NCBI GenBank assembly: GCA_028534125.1
Contig: CM052818.1
Location: 39,310,001 to 39,374,000 of the forward strand
Direction of reading: 5' to 3'
Source of the DNA: Lama glama
Lineage: Eukaryota
Length of the DNA: 64,000 nucleotides
In this document: piece after piece, positions 45,290 through 58,740 of the stretch
Layout: each line of letters starts with the position of its first letter
Position numbering within the stretch: position 1 is the first letter of the stretch
Translations under genes and position numbers: made by a program
Notes under the pieces: generated by a model
What the model was told of the DNA's origin: nothing
Seen by the model: only the letters and a program-made list of their open reading frames with translations
Database searches by the model: none

Positions 45290-45655
45290 CACCTTTGCCA
45301 CTGAATATGGTCCACTGGCCAGTAGCACTGGCATCACCTGGGAGCTCATTAGATGTGCAGACCCTAAGTTCTAAGCCAGACCTACTGAATCAGAATTTAC
45401 ATTTTCATGAGCTCCACTCGTGCTTCATCTGCACACGAAGGTGTGGGAAGCACGGGTCCGTATGAAGCACGGGTCCGTATTGCTGGTCTCGGAGTGTGGT
45501 TTCTGGAGCACCAGCACCAGCATCACCTAGGAACTTGTCAGAATGCAACCTGTGAGCCCCACACCAGACCTACTGAACTGAGTCCCTGGGGGTGGGGTGG
45601 GGGACCCTGCCTTCTCCTGGAGACTCTGAAGCACACTCAGATTTGAGAACCACTT
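45290..45655. mobile_element. Two adjacent MER5-family (hAT-Charlie) relics
   Basis: Each has gcatcacct(g/a)gga(g/a)ct..ttag/tcag and ccagacctactgaa; the second ends tttgagaaccact. Confidence 0.8.
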
Positions 45656-46469
45656 GTCTACGTCACTCCGTCCATCATCTAATGATGCTCTTTCATTTCC
45701 TGGCTGTTTGTCTTTCCCTTCAAGTTGGGGACGCTGAGACCAGGAACAGTGTTTGTGTGTGTCTGTGCGGCCGAGGTCTCTGCATGGGGGGATGACTGAC
45801 GTCCAGAGTAACTGTCCAGTGTCTCTGTTCAAGCATGTGGGGGCTGGAGAGAAGGGAGAGGATGAAAGGGAGGGTCCTGGGAGATTTCCCTTTGTTCTGA
45901 GTCTCTCAGGGGTTTGAGGTTTCTTGGGGTAGAGGAGAAGGTGTTACACTTCTTCTCTCAAATCAGAGACCACATGGGTAGGTACCATGTAGTTTTCATA
46001 ATGGGTTAATACCGCGTCAGGGCCTGACCTGATCCAGAACTCGGTCTCCAACCGTTTTACGTGGCTTTTCCTCTGTGGAAAAAGCCATTATTGCCATTGA
46101 GCAAAGAAAGCAGTGCTGGCTCATTGTTCCTTTTCCTGGATCAACAAGTCCTTCATCCGGGCAAGTGGCAGTGCCTAGCTCTCTGGCTTACCAGCGAGAG
46201 GGATTCTCAGACATGACTAGCATATAGCCTCCTCCTCATGAGCTCTCATGAAACACTGCTGTGTTCCTTCACCATCCACTAACTCCGCGGCCAGCAGTCT
46301 TGGGCTGGGGAGCAGAATGTCCCAGAATGTTGCCTTAAGTGCTCTTCCTCCTCAGGCTGGCTGCTAGCTTTCAAATTTCTAGACATAATTCCTTTTGAAT
46401 TGCTTAATGGGCATATAATTTTAATCAGAGTCATATGACACTTGAGCTGGAAGAAATCTACTCTTCTAT

Positions 46470-46780
46470 TTTTATTTATTTATAAGGCTTTCAACAAAAA
46501 ACAAAACTGAGGAGTTACAGAGATTATCTGTATACTGTCGACCCTCACACATGCATAGCCTCCCCGTTATCAGTATCGCTGCCCAGAATGGTCCTTTTTT
46601 TTTTTAACCAAGGATGACATATCATAATCATCCAAAGTCCAGAGTTTATCTTAGGGTTCACTCTTGGTTGTGTACCTCCAGTGGGTTTGGACAAATGTGT
46701 GGTGACATATATCCACCATTATAATATGATACAGAATATTTTCACTGCCCTAAAAATTCCTTTGTGCTCTGACTATTCAT
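46470..46780 (-). mobile_element. L1MC-like 3' fragment
   Basis: cacatgcatagcctcccc...tcatccaaagtccagagtttatcttagggttcactcttggt...gggtttggacaaatgt...ttcactgccctaaaaattcc. Confidence 0.8.
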
Positions 46781-47540
46781 TTAGTGTACACAAACGGGAG
46801 AAGGTTCTGGAGTAAATGTCATGCAGCTGGTAAACCAGAGAACTAGGACTGGATCAGCCCTTCCGAACCTTCCGTTTAAGAATAAGAGTGACCTCCAGTT
46901 AGTGACGCACCTCAGTTTATACTTATTTGCATGAATCCTGACCCCAAACCCAGACCTGCTTCAAGATCCAATTCTTTGCCCAGGACTGTTTTCCAGAACG
47001 GGAGCCCCACAGGCCCAGTCCTGGGATGAACTGTGCGAAGGCCTGGAAACCAGAGAGCAGAGAACAGAGAAGCATTATGTATAAAGGCACCCAAGTCACA
47101 CCCTAGAGGCAGAGAGGATGCCCCAAGGCGCAGGTGAGTTGTGTGGCTGTAGCTGGGGGGCTGCAGGGAAGGCACTGGCGCAAAGAACTCCGGGAGAGGA
47201 GAGAAGGGGCTGGTAGATGCAACAGTGTTTCCACCCCCTTTGGTGCTGTTATAATTTGACTTGCAAGTATGGGAAGAAGCAGCTTAATTCCCACAAATCT
47301 GAAGCAACCTGCTGGGAGGAGGGGCGGGGACTAGGGACTGCTTAGAGAACCTTCTCCTTAGACAAATGCCTGCTGTTTTCCCTGAATTCTCATGATATCT
47401 CTTCAAGCCTCATGATAGCCCATCAAAATTGGCATTTATTTCTATTTCACCAAAAGGGATGAGTCCTGACTTAAATTAGGCTGGAGTCAAAGCTCCTAGA
47501 GAGTCCAGGTCTTTCCTTGCCCTCACACCTAAGCTCCCTA

Positions 47541-47640
47541 TAGGGTGACCAGCTTGCCCTGGTTTGCCTAGGACTTTCTTGGCTTTGAGACCAGAAGTCT
47601 AGCATCCCAGGAACCCCCTCAGTCTGGGGTAAACCTGGCT
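47541..47640. mobile_element. MER94-like hAT-Blackjack relic
   Basis: tagggtgaccagcttgccctggtttgcctaggactttc...catcccaggaaccccctcagtc. Confidence 0.7.
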
Positions 47641-47847
47641 CTTCCTCTTTTTGCTCCCTAGACCACAGGCATCTTGACAGGAGCCACTCTGGCCCCACAG
47701 GGCCTGAGTCAGGCCGGTCTTGCTCAGCTGATGGGCCCTTGGCACCAGGGCAGCAGGCTGGCTCCTGCTTCTGGACTGGAGGGTCCACAGCCCCAGCCTG
47801 CTGCTGCTCCACCAGCTCCTGTCCTGCTGCGTTGTACTGTGGAGCAC

Positions 47848-47866
47848 TGGCCAACAGGAGGCGCTG
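47848..47866 (+). promoter_or_regulatory. Candidate CTCF site
   Basis: TGGCCAACAGGAGGCGCTG against core consensus TGGCCACCAGGGGGCGCTA. Confidence 0.55.
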
Positions 47867-50800
47867 TCTGCCTGGCTGTACATCAGCTCAGACAGAGGTG
47901 GACAAACAACAGGAAGACAAATGGCTCAGCCATTGGGGAAGCCAATCCCTGCTGTTTTCACCTTGGGACGAATGTAGGTGTGAGGATCAAAAACTCATTC
48001 AGAATCAACTTCAGTCAAAAGGGACTTTATTTTAGGGATATAAGTTTATAGGATCCAAGAATGAGCCTGAGGTGCAGGCTTGGGGAGGGGAGAGTGTGGG
48101 AGCCGCCTCTCCCTGCTGGCTCTCCCCAGCTCAGACTTGCTGGAGTCTTGAGGAGCCCAGCAAACAGCACTGGGGTTTGGACCAACTGGCAGTGCAGACA
48201 GGCCCGTTTGAAGGGAATGCTGGGCTTCTTTGGGAGAAGTACTGGGTTGGAGGATGTCACTCACAGAGAGTGGAACACTTTTCCAACAGTGATGACTTAG
48301 AATTAGAGCAGTTTATCTACTCCCCACTGCACTGCCACGTGATGGGGAGGATGGGGGTTGCTGCTGCTGCCCCCTCTCCCCACGGAAGACTTATGGCCAG
48401 GAGGAAAGAAGAGAAACAGAGACTCGGGAACTTAGGCTCCTCCCAGGAGAGGAAGGAAAGGGAAGAGCTTGGTTCCTCATCCACTAATCTGGGGAGTCAG
48501 TCTACCTGAGGTCAGGGAGGGAGAGAGGGAGGGATGGGTGAGGGGGGAGAGCCGCTGGGTGTCACTGCCCACACGGAAGGGGCACCAGGAGTGGGGGGGA
48601 TAAGCCTTTCCTCTCCCTCCCAGTAGTCCGACTGGAACAGCCCTGTCTCACAGCCACTGTGGGCACCACAGGCATGTTACCCCCACTGCTCTTCAAGCTT
48701 AGAGCCCCTTCCCATCAAGAAGGCTCTGGATTGCTGCTTCCTTCCTGAAGCCTTTCTCACTCTCCTCAGAGCTGTTGTCCCTTCTCTGAACACTTAGGCC
48801 CGTCAGTTTACACCCACTACTTAGGGCCTTTTGCTTTTCAAAACAGTTCAAGTTTTAGTCCGTGCTCTCATGCAAAACCTGGTGGCGTAGGGCCCTTCAA
48901 GGGTCTCCTTGATGTCAGCCAATCCTTGCACTTAAACTCTGTTCTTCCTTTTCTTTGGTGCTCTTGGTGTTTCTAAAAGCCTGATAATGAACTGGGGGCC
49001 TCGGTGGGGAGAAGCCAGTAACTTGAGGCCTTTGTGGTCCAGCTGGGGTCCGGCCCCCGCAGGGACTCTGCGGCCAGGGCTCTTTACCACCAAGGCCAAG
49101 AGCGACACTCCACTCGGCCCACCTCAGCCCTTACGGCTAACCAACCCATGATGTTCAGCTAGGTTAACAGGAGGGACCACCCATTTTTATAGTGAGAAAC
49201 ATTGCTCTCCTGAGACCATTACGTGGGCCAGGAAGGAGAGAACAGGCTGAGTTGAGAGCCCTGTCCATTACAGCACAATCTGGAAAGGAGACAAGCTCTG
49301 TAGTTGGGCCCCAAGGAGACATTCTTACCGCCCTCCTCAGAGACTGTTGCGGGACTGGCCAGGCCGGGCCCGCGACCAGAGGCCTGCATCTAAGGCCGTT
49401 AGATCACACGTGGAGGAAGACAGAGTTGCGCCAAAGATTTTCTCCAAGGTCAGACTGCGCTCTGTGAACTCCCACAGCTGAGTTCATGTTGGTCCCTGGG
49501 GGTGAAGATGGTCAAGTCGTCATCACTGGAAAACATTACGTGGGGAAGTGGGCAGCTGGGCTTCGCGGGTTCTGCCACCGAGACCGCGACTGCTCCTAGC
49601 AGGTTAGGCAGACACGTGAGAAAGTGGCGACAAAACAACCGGAGCTGTTGAAAAGTGCTTCCGGAGAACGTCGTTTCTAGCAGCTTTCTCCTCCTCTAAA
49701 GGACTTTGGACTTTGGACTTTAGTGACAACTGCCCTTGTCCCTAACATTTCTTCTTTGCTGACAGGAAACCAGACAATAGTGCTGAGGTCATTCATCTCA
49801 TGTTGTAAAACAAATTCTAAGGCAACAAGCTTGGAGGGCCTCCAAAGTAGAGCGCTCAGCATTCTCCCTTGTTGAAGGAAGGGGCTGATCCCTGAAGATC
49901 CCTGAATGGGAACCTTACTGACAGGACAGCGGGGCTGATGTGTGCTTAGTTAAAGCTGTTTATTACATGTGAAATCCACTAACATCGTAGAATGACTTAC
50001 AGGTCATCCTGGGTAATGCCAGCACAATGGCCACCGTTGTGACAAGAAAGCAGCTGGCCAGGACTATGGCCAGAACCTTTGGGTGCTGCCCTCTGAGGAA
50101 GGAGGCAGGGTCTTAGGGTTGGCAGGTGACATGAGTTCTGAAGTTCCCTCTCAGATCTTGACTTTCTGGCTAACAGGCACATAGTCCCCAGAGTCACTGA
50201 ACCCAGGCCATATGGTTAAAGTAGACTTTCCTGGCCCGAGTTCAAGGTGCATGTGGGGTTGAGTTGTCACTGAGGCAGGAAGACTAAGCTCTCTTGGCTC
50301 ATATGGACTTTCTTCCAGGACCTCCTTCTTCTAGAAGGATAACCAGACTTGTTAAATGTCTCATAAAATGCTTGGCAATTAGCATAGCCAGACACTAGAC
50401 AAGCTTGGTGGGTGAGAGCCAGGGGGTTTTGGCCAGAGTCCTTAGAACTCACCCAGATCTGCATGCAAGCCCTCTTCAAGGGAGAGTTCCTTGGGCTGAG
50501 AGAACAAAATGGGCCCAGCTGAGAGGTTGCCGTGGGATGCACAGTGCTGTTCAGAGAGCTCTGCAGAAAGGTGAGTTCACGGGTTGGTCAGGGCTTCAGG
50601 CAGCTCTCGGAAGGTTAGGCTCCTTTGGAGCAATGGAGGGGAAAGTTGAAGATGTTCATGGGCAGCACTTCTCAGTGTCATCACCAGACAGCACAGTAGG
50701 AGGCATCTCATCTCGTCTTCTCTCCTCCAAAGGGCACTGGCCTGGACAGGGCCTTCTAGGGTCCTAGTGTAGGTGCACTGGGGTCAGGCAGTGTAGACAC

Positions 50801-53800
50801 GAGAGAACAGAAGTGGAGGACAGTGGAGACTCCCTAATAGGAAGTCTATGAATTAGATACTTTACTACCACTTTGAAAGTCTTCAATGACCTGAAGGAGG
50901 TTCAGGTCCTCATTCTGCAGGAGAAAGTAGGAAATGGGAAATGACTGGTACAGGTCACACAGCTAATAGCTGGCTAAGCAGAGGATCAGGCAGAGGTCCA
51001 GCTGATGCCAGGCTGCCTCCGACCACACTTAATCTGAGTTACTAGTTACCACTGGTGGGACTTGCCCTCTGGATGCTGATGCCAAGTCACCAAGCAGTAT
51101 GTGTGAGCCCAGTCTCTTCCAAGAAACTGATGAGGTCCTCAGGGCCTGGGACTCCCAGGGGCTTTGCTCAGTGTCCATCAACCATCCCTGTAACCGGGAG
51201 CCTAGATCCCTGTTTGGCCCTTTTTGGTTCACTGAGAGGTCACCTCTTCGGGGGCAGAGGCCACATGTTTCCCCACCAGCCTCTTGACCAATGGTGGCTA
51301 CAGGACTCCTTCACTCTGGGAAATAGGGTAAAAGTCTCCCTCCAACAGGTTAGTTTCTTTTCTGCAGCTGCCAGAGGGATGTGGAGACAAGCGAGGTGTG
51401 AGGCACTCTGGAGAAACCTTGCATCACCAGCATCTGCCTTCACCCATCCTGGCCCACAGTTACCCACAAGGAAGCCTGCACGGCGGTGGAGGGAACTGCT
51501 GGGAAGTCAGGGGAAGATCCCAACTGAGAAACGGCACAGAAGGCTGGTAGCTCAGGTGACACAAAGGTCACCTGGGAGACTGGGTCCCTGACTTTAGGGG
51601 TCTTGCTCTGGCACATGAGGTGTCCTTATAGAATCTTGGGCCAGTACCTCTGGTAGGATTGGGGTTCTGGTTCTGCCCTCTTAGTGTCCAGCTGAGGTCC
51701 TTGCCATCTGCAGTGATGTTCCACTGTGGGCTGCCATCAAATTCTGGTGACTCTGCCATCCAGCGCTTGTCCGGGAGGAATCCTGCTGTGGCGCCTGCGC
51801 GCTCATCAGCTCCCACCCGGAGAGCACCGCCCCCAACGGCCGACGCAGCGGCCATTTCCCCGCTGCAGAGCTCAGCGAGGGGCTCATCTCAGGGAGGGAA
51901 GCAGCTGATGTTCTCATGGGGGTTTTCTTCTCTGCCCTCCTTCCCCCAGAAACCCCCCAAATACCCTTACCGTTCGCTCCCCTTGTCTGCATCTCGGGGC
52001 TCTTCCTGGAAGCCCCCCTAGGCCCAGCTGAGTGAGGGTGCTACTCAGGGCAAGTCCTCCCTCTGTCCCCCGACTACTCACCGCCCTCTAACCTGGGCCT
52101 GTGACACCTCCGAGCCATCTCCTGGTGGCAGAACAGCTTTCTTGCTTGGCCTGTCCCCAGGCCTGCCCACTGTGGGTGGTGGTTTTTCACCTGGGTGGTT
52201 GCAGCAAAGCTTTAACCTCGGACGAGAGTGGACAAAATCAGAATTTACTCATTTTCACATACATTTTAGGAGTTGAATGCCAAGCCAGAATACCCCCAGC
52301 GGCAAAGATCGGGGGCCCTGCCTTCAAGGAAATCCGTTTAGAGGGGAAAATAAGGATACATAATAAAGGACAAATTACCAGTCCAAGCTCGAATGTGGTT
52401 CCGACTCTGATTACAAGAGTTTAAAGGAAGGAGGGTTGGGGGAGAGGGAAGGAGGAAGCAGAAAGGCTTATGGGGGATGCAGTAATTGAAATGGGCTCTG
52501 AAGCCTGAGAAGTCACACAGGAAGAGACAGGATCACTTCCATGAAGAAGATATGGAGGTGACATGGGGTGAGCTGGAGCCGTGACCATCTCATTCGTCCT
52601 CCCCAGGAACAGAGGAACTGAAAAGTCTGGAAAGGGATTCCACCAAGTGTCCACAGATGCTAAAGGCCTTTGATACTTGGGTCAGAAGCAGATGCAATGG
52701 CTTTAGAGTAGAGCCAGCAGGAGGCCTAAGGCAGGGCTGGAGGGTGGAATGAGGCAGTGCGAAGAGCAGGACACAAGGGCTGAACAGGACACAAGGCTGT
52801 TGGAGGCCAAGGAACCTCCTGGAAGCACCCAGCAGGAGACCCCATGGGTGCAGACAGAAGCCTGTCCACCCACTAATGAAGTCACATCCTCCATGCGTGA
52901 GAAGGTTTCTAGAGTCTTTAATGTGTCCGTCTTCTTCAGAGTCACCTCAAAGGGGGCTCATATTCTCTGGAGGGAAAGATCCCGCCCCCATCTACCCTCC
53001 AAGCTGGGTTCAACTTCCTCACCAGAAGCTTAGGCCTGGCAGTCCTCACCACAAGAGGCAAATGTGGCCACTGATGCCAGACGGGCCCCGGACCACTAAG
53101 AGTTTTCTGCTTGCCTGTGGGCCTGGGATCTGGAAGCCATTTCTTCCTAGGTCTAAGGGATAGCAGGCCAGGCACCAAAGTTCAGGCCATTCCTCATGAA
53201 CCCTGCTGCCAGCTTGTCTTGGAGACCGGGACCCTCTCTCCATGAGATCACCCAGAGAGAGATGGCTCAAGCCTGCGTCCCGCTGCTGAGAAGCAGCCTT
53301 CAGATTGTGGCCACTTCTTGGGTCCGATATGACAACACATCCCTTTGTGACTGGTGGCCCCTGGGCAGTGCCTGCCCAACTCCTCCTCATGCTTCTCAGC
53401 CCCCAGCTTGACCACTCTCAGGACCCACCTCAGAGAGCACCCCTGGGGGAAAGAGTTTTGCGGCCAGTAGCAGACGGGGAGGCTTACCTGTGTGGAGGAT
53501 TCCACCAAGGGGTCCTGGTGGAATCAGGCACTGGTGTCCCATGTAGAGCTCCCAACTGGAAAACAAGCCAGTCACTGACATGGCTGAGAACAGCTCAGCA
53601 GGCCTCACCACCCCGGATGGAGCGGAGGAGAAGCCTGTGTGGGGGAGCTCGTGCTGGGAGCCTAAGTGGGAGGCTCCCAAGTTGGGGGAAACTGAAGAAG
53701 GCAGGGGGCGTCCCAGGTGGGCAAGGTAAGGTAGTGCCACTCCTGTCTCCAGGATCTCAATGGACTACAGGGGAGGGGGAAGGCTGTGACGTGGTTCACA

Positions 53801-56199
53801 GCTGGGTTTTGAACCTGTTTTCTGAAGTCAGCCATCTATATACTGTACAGGAAAGAGGTGGGCAGATTAAACCAGGCTGGTCAAGGATTACTGGATAATG
53901 CTGGGTCCTGCCTCTAGGAGGGCCCCCAGCCAGCGCTCCCACATCCACTGCTCAGGGGCCTGGCTTTCAGATACCATGGGCAGGTTGCTTTTCAAGGATA
54001 CCTGGCACCTGTTGAAGGTACACACAAGGGGGAGTGAGGCTCAGAGAGGTTCCCCTGGCTCTGCATCTCCTGGGGCCTCCTCGCCCCCAGTCAGGTGTCT
54101 TCTCCACTGCAGGGGCTATGCGGTTTACACACATTCCCAGGACCTGGCCCAGCCAATACCCACATCCATTACATCTTCCGGAGCAGGGAATCTGCCCAAG
54201 GCGACAGATCCCTCATAGGAATTGCCTTTCTTGTTGGGAACAAGATTCTCCTGAGGCATCTGAAGGGCTGAGGGCCTGACTGGGGCAGGGGCTTTGAAAC
54301 CATCTTTGTGCACCACGGAACAGCAGGGTGCCACCTGGCGGTAGCAACTATGTACAGCGTACCAACCTCCATGCCTGTGTTCCTGGTGATCCTGGAAAAT
54401 ACTTGATTTTCTTCCTTCTAACCTCATCAAATCTTGCTTACAGGAAGGGATCTAGTTTGTGGCTGATAAGGCTTAAATACTAAGAGACTGTGTTCCATGT
54501 CAATACTGAATTTGGCTCACATTCATGGGGTGAGGAATGAATGAAAGAGGAACAGAATGTGGAATAGCTGTCCATGGTCTCTCCACTGGGCTCATGAGCT
54601 GGGACACCTCGATGTTCACACTGAGGGGAAACCACTTATCAGCCAATAAGAAGAGCAAGAAAGTTCTCAAGTCCCAGGGAAGACTTGGAAAGAGCTTATC
54701 AGAGAGGCCTGGCCAAGTCCTGCATGACTTGGTGGGACTGAGGTCCAACCTTGTCAGTAGACAGACAGGTGGAGGTGTGTGGGGATGAGCAGTCGGACAG
54801 AACAGAGCAGGCAGAAGCATAAAGGAGGGTCAGGATTTAGAGCTCTGATGTCTCATCTCACCTGTTCTGTTCAAGAACTCAGGACAGCTCCCTGTATCCT
54901 CAAAACCCCAAACCCCGCATCCAGGTTGTGCAGGGGCTCCAAGTTGGCCACCCACCAACTTGCACTGTAGCTAGGACAACAGCTTCGCCATGCCCCCCAG
55001 GGTCCCTCCCTGATGGCTCCCACCTGGAACAGCCTCAGTCCACCCCAAGCCTCACCTGCGCAAAGTCTGGCCTCCCACCAATCGTCCAGCAGAAGCGGTG
55101 CAGGAGGATGAACCAGGAATGAGGCAAGTTGTTCTAGCTCTGGTCTTGTTTCCTTAGCCGTGTAAGCTGCAGCCATAGTAAGTGGGATTTGGCTTTTCTG
55201 TTCACTCTGCAAAGCTGCTCTATGCATTAAGGCTTTGCAAGTCAACCTGGCAGGGTGAGGATGGAACCGTGTGCAGTCTCTGCTCTCACAACACAAGCCG
55301 ACTCTCAGCTGGGACAAGAGTCTGTGCCAAGTTGAGGCAGAGCAAAGTCCAGGAGGGAAGGCTGGATTCCCCAAGCATCTCAGCCACAAGGGCAGGGCCT
55401 GGTGGTCCTTCCCACTGGTACGCGATGTTTGCCTTGGCTATTGTTTGTGATTGGGATGTCAGCTCTTGTTTCTCAGGGCAGTTGACTGGGTCCTCACAGA
55501 AGCCACCTCACCTGGTTGACCCTGTTACAGCACAGTACAGAGGTTCCCAGCACAGTGTTTATTGAAACATCTTCAGACTGTACAGAATTACAGCCGGAGG
55601 CCAGCTGGGCATCCAGCGGAAGGCAGCACCCCCAGAAGGGTCTGAAATGGAAGTAAGGACACCTTCCAGCCTGGAGGAGCAGGTCGCCCTCAGCGTCCCT
55701 GGCACCAGGATCACTTGCGGGAATGCTCAAGGTTGATCCCAGGGGAGCAGACCCAGGGCTTCCTCATGGCGGGTGGGCAGGAGACACAGATGGAAGGGCA
55801 GGCATTGCCCCGCTGCCAGGCAGGCTGTGCTGAGAGGCCTCTCAATTCACTGTCTCCACTGCCCCCAGCCAGGCCAGCCTTACCTGGTTGGTCAGCGTGG
55901 CTGGTGGGGGACAGGAGGTTGAGGCCATCAGAACCTGCAAGAGCCCTTCCCCTCTCATCAGCAAGTTCTAGGCAAAAGGCTTTTTGCTCGGAAAGCTCAG
56001 GGCAGCCTCACCCAGAAAATCCTGGGGAGGCAGCTGCTCTCCCCAACCTTGGGAAGATCTGGGGGAGGGTCAGTTAGAAAGGGCGGGCCCGTCCCTGCTG
56101 CCCCTCTGGGAGCCCCTCGCGGACTCCTCCATCGTCCTTCATAGATCCGGGGGCAGCAAGAGGATATAGTTTGGGCGCCCCCAGGCCAGAGCCATGGGG

Positions 56200-56475
56200 A
56201 GAAGGACCCGAACAGCAAGGACAGCCTTGGGCAGAGAAGCGGGCGGATGGGGAGGAGAAAGGGGCAGGGGAACTGCGAGCGCGGGGACCTGAGCCTGCAG
56301 GCGCGTTAGCAGCAGCGCCCCCTCCAGGCGCCGAAGTTGGGGCTGGCCGCGCGGGGGCGATCGCGGGGCGCGGGGTAGGGGGCGTCCCCGAGGGGTAGGT
56401 GTGCGCCGCCTGCCGCCCGCCCTGCAGCTCCGTGCGGCCGGCCCCGGGGGTGTTGCGGCGGGGGAGGCGCATCAG
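56200..56475. promoter_or_regulatory. Small orphan CpG island
   Basis: Very high GC and CpG density (gcgcgggggcgatcgcggggcgcgg...gcgccgcctgccgcccgcc), GC boxes, CTCF-like motif at 56312-56331 (-). Confidence 0.7.
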
Positions 56476-56869
56476 TTTTCCCTTATTTAACATCACTGAG
56501 TCGAGAGACCTTCAAGCTGCAGGAGCTCTGAGGCTGGAGGGCTGATGATGACTTGGTGCGACTGGGCCTATGCGCAGGGTCGGAGCCCCCAGCACAACAG
56601 GAGTGCCCTTCCCCCCACCCCCAGCAGATGGAAGTTCCCGGATGGAATGCTGGGCGGGGTCAGTGTGGACGTGACCCTGAGGCAGTCAGTGAGCGGCGTC
56701 TGGCAGCTTGAGCTGGGTCCGTGGGTGAGAGGCCCTGTGAACCCGCAGCGGAAGTGTACGCCTTCTCTGAGCGCCCATCATTACTTGATTCCATCCTAAG
56801 CTGTCTTCCACGCGTGCAGTGAGCTGAGGCTAAAATAAGAACCCTTATTTTAAGAAGTAACTGAGCACC

Positions 56870-57070
56870 TGTTCCGGGAAAGGTACAGTGTGCCATGCTT
56901 TCCATTCACTGTTATCATAGAATCTTCTTGGGAACCCTGCGAGGTAAGTTCTTTCAAAAGCCTATTTTAGATAAGAGGAAATGGGCTTATGGGAGTTAAG
57001 TGAATTGCCCAAGACCACAGAGCTGGTTAAAGGCAGAGGCAGGATTTGAACCCAGCGCTGCCTGACGCCA
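56870..57070 (-). mobile_element. MIR
   Basis: cctattttagataagaggaaat...ttaagtgaattgcccaagaccacagagct...ggcagaggcaggatttgaaccca. Confidence 0.8.
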
Positions 57071-58301
57071 AGGCTTGAAAGTAAGTTGTTCACGTCATCG
57101 TGAACAGAGGGCATCTGAGCTGCGCATGGCCTCAGAGGTGTTGTCTATAACCCCGTTGCCCGCCCCTCCCCCCTCCCCGCCACTTCAGGGGTGGGGCCTG
57201 TGACTCCAGGCAGGGGTGCGGGCTTATCCCAGTCCAAGTGCAGAGACAGGCCTGGAGCCCAGGTCGCTGCTGAGTTCCCTCTGCTCCCTGCGCCAGGCCT
57301 TCTGTGAAGTGCCTGGGACCTGAGTTCCTCCCTGCTCCGGGCCTTCTGGAAGGCGCCTGGGAGCCCTGCCGCGTGTGTCCCTAGGGGGACAGAACTCGTT
57401 GGAGGGTCAGGCTGACTGTCCACAGCCGTTGTGAGTGGTCTGAATGGGAGGGCTCAGCTGCTCCACTCTCGCACATGGTTTTGCTATTTTAAACATCTGT
57501 GCAGCTGGTTAGATGGCCCTGCGAAGGGTAAAGGAGGCCTTGCTGTCCCTCCTAGGACCTGGTGTCTTGTCTTGGAGTCCAGAGGATGTGGGATGCAAAT
57601 CTGACACCGCCACTTACGTAAACCTGATGTGGGGCGGCTTCCCTCTCCTGTCCAGTTCCTGGGCCTGAGAGTGCCATTTTCCCAAATGACCACTGGGTGT
57701 CACTCTCGCTCCACAAGTGGGCCTTCCTTCCCGCCGTCTAAGGGTCGTTGCCGGCTTACCTGCGCGGACCTGTGATGGGTGCCAGGGAGGTGTGTCCCCT
57801 TGTCTGCCTCTGTTCTGAAGGCAGTGGGTCTGACTTGTCCGGAGATAGTCTGTTGCTCCCTGAGAACACAAGCTGTTTGTAGACAACGTCAGGCATCTAC
57901 TGGAATTGTTCACAGAACGCTTTTCTGTGGTCCCTGAGCGTACCCTGCTTTCCAGCGCCCTTGGTGTCGGGCTGTGTTTTTGCACGTGCAGTGTCCCAGT
58001 CTCAGCCCCTGGGGCTTGGGAGTGTATGTAGCTAGACCCATGACCTTATTTGAGGAATGGAAGGGCCTTGAAGATCTAATCAGGCGAGGCGCTGCTGAGA
58101 CCTTGACGCTGCCCTGGTGCGCACAGAACGCAGGCCTGCCTGTCCTCATGGACCCTCTCAACATGCTAGGGGGCAGGTGGGAAGGACCCGCCCTCCCCGT
58201 GCCACAGACTGAGGGTCTGGGCGGGGAGTGCCTTGTTCAGTATCACTCAGCTGGTCAGGGCTGAGGTCCCTCTACTGCAGTTCCGTCCCAGAAGAGGTGC
58301 C

Positions 58302-58740
58302 TGTGATAGGTTGAATCGTGTCCTCCCAAGTTCATGTGTTGAATCCCAATCCCCAGGACCTCAGAATATGACCTTATTTACAGATACGCTGTTGCAGGTT
58401 AATCACTTAAGATGAAGTCATGCTAGACTAGGGTGAGCCCTAATCCATGCGACAGTGTCCTTATGAAAGGGGACATGTGGACACAGCGTGCAGGGAGAGG
58501 GCCGTGTGACGGTGAGGGCGGGGGTCAGGGGGATGCTTCTAGATGCCAGCGACGCCCAAGATGGCCAGCAAACCACCAGAAGATAACAGACTCTCCCCGA
58601 CAGCCCTCAGAAGGAACCCACCTTGCCCACACCGTGATCTCGGACTTCTGGCCTCCAGAACCGGGAGGCAATGAACTTCTGTCATTTAAGCCCCCGAGGT
58701 TGTGGTCCTTTTGTCACAGACACCCTAACAGAGCAGTACA
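58302..58740 (+). mobile_element. MLT1-type MaLR solo LTR
   Basis: TGTGATAGGTTGAAT...cctaatcc...cagccctcagaaggaacc...ggacttctggcctccagaac...TACA; flanks GTGCC/GTGTC resemble a 5-bp TSD. Confidence 0.9.
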
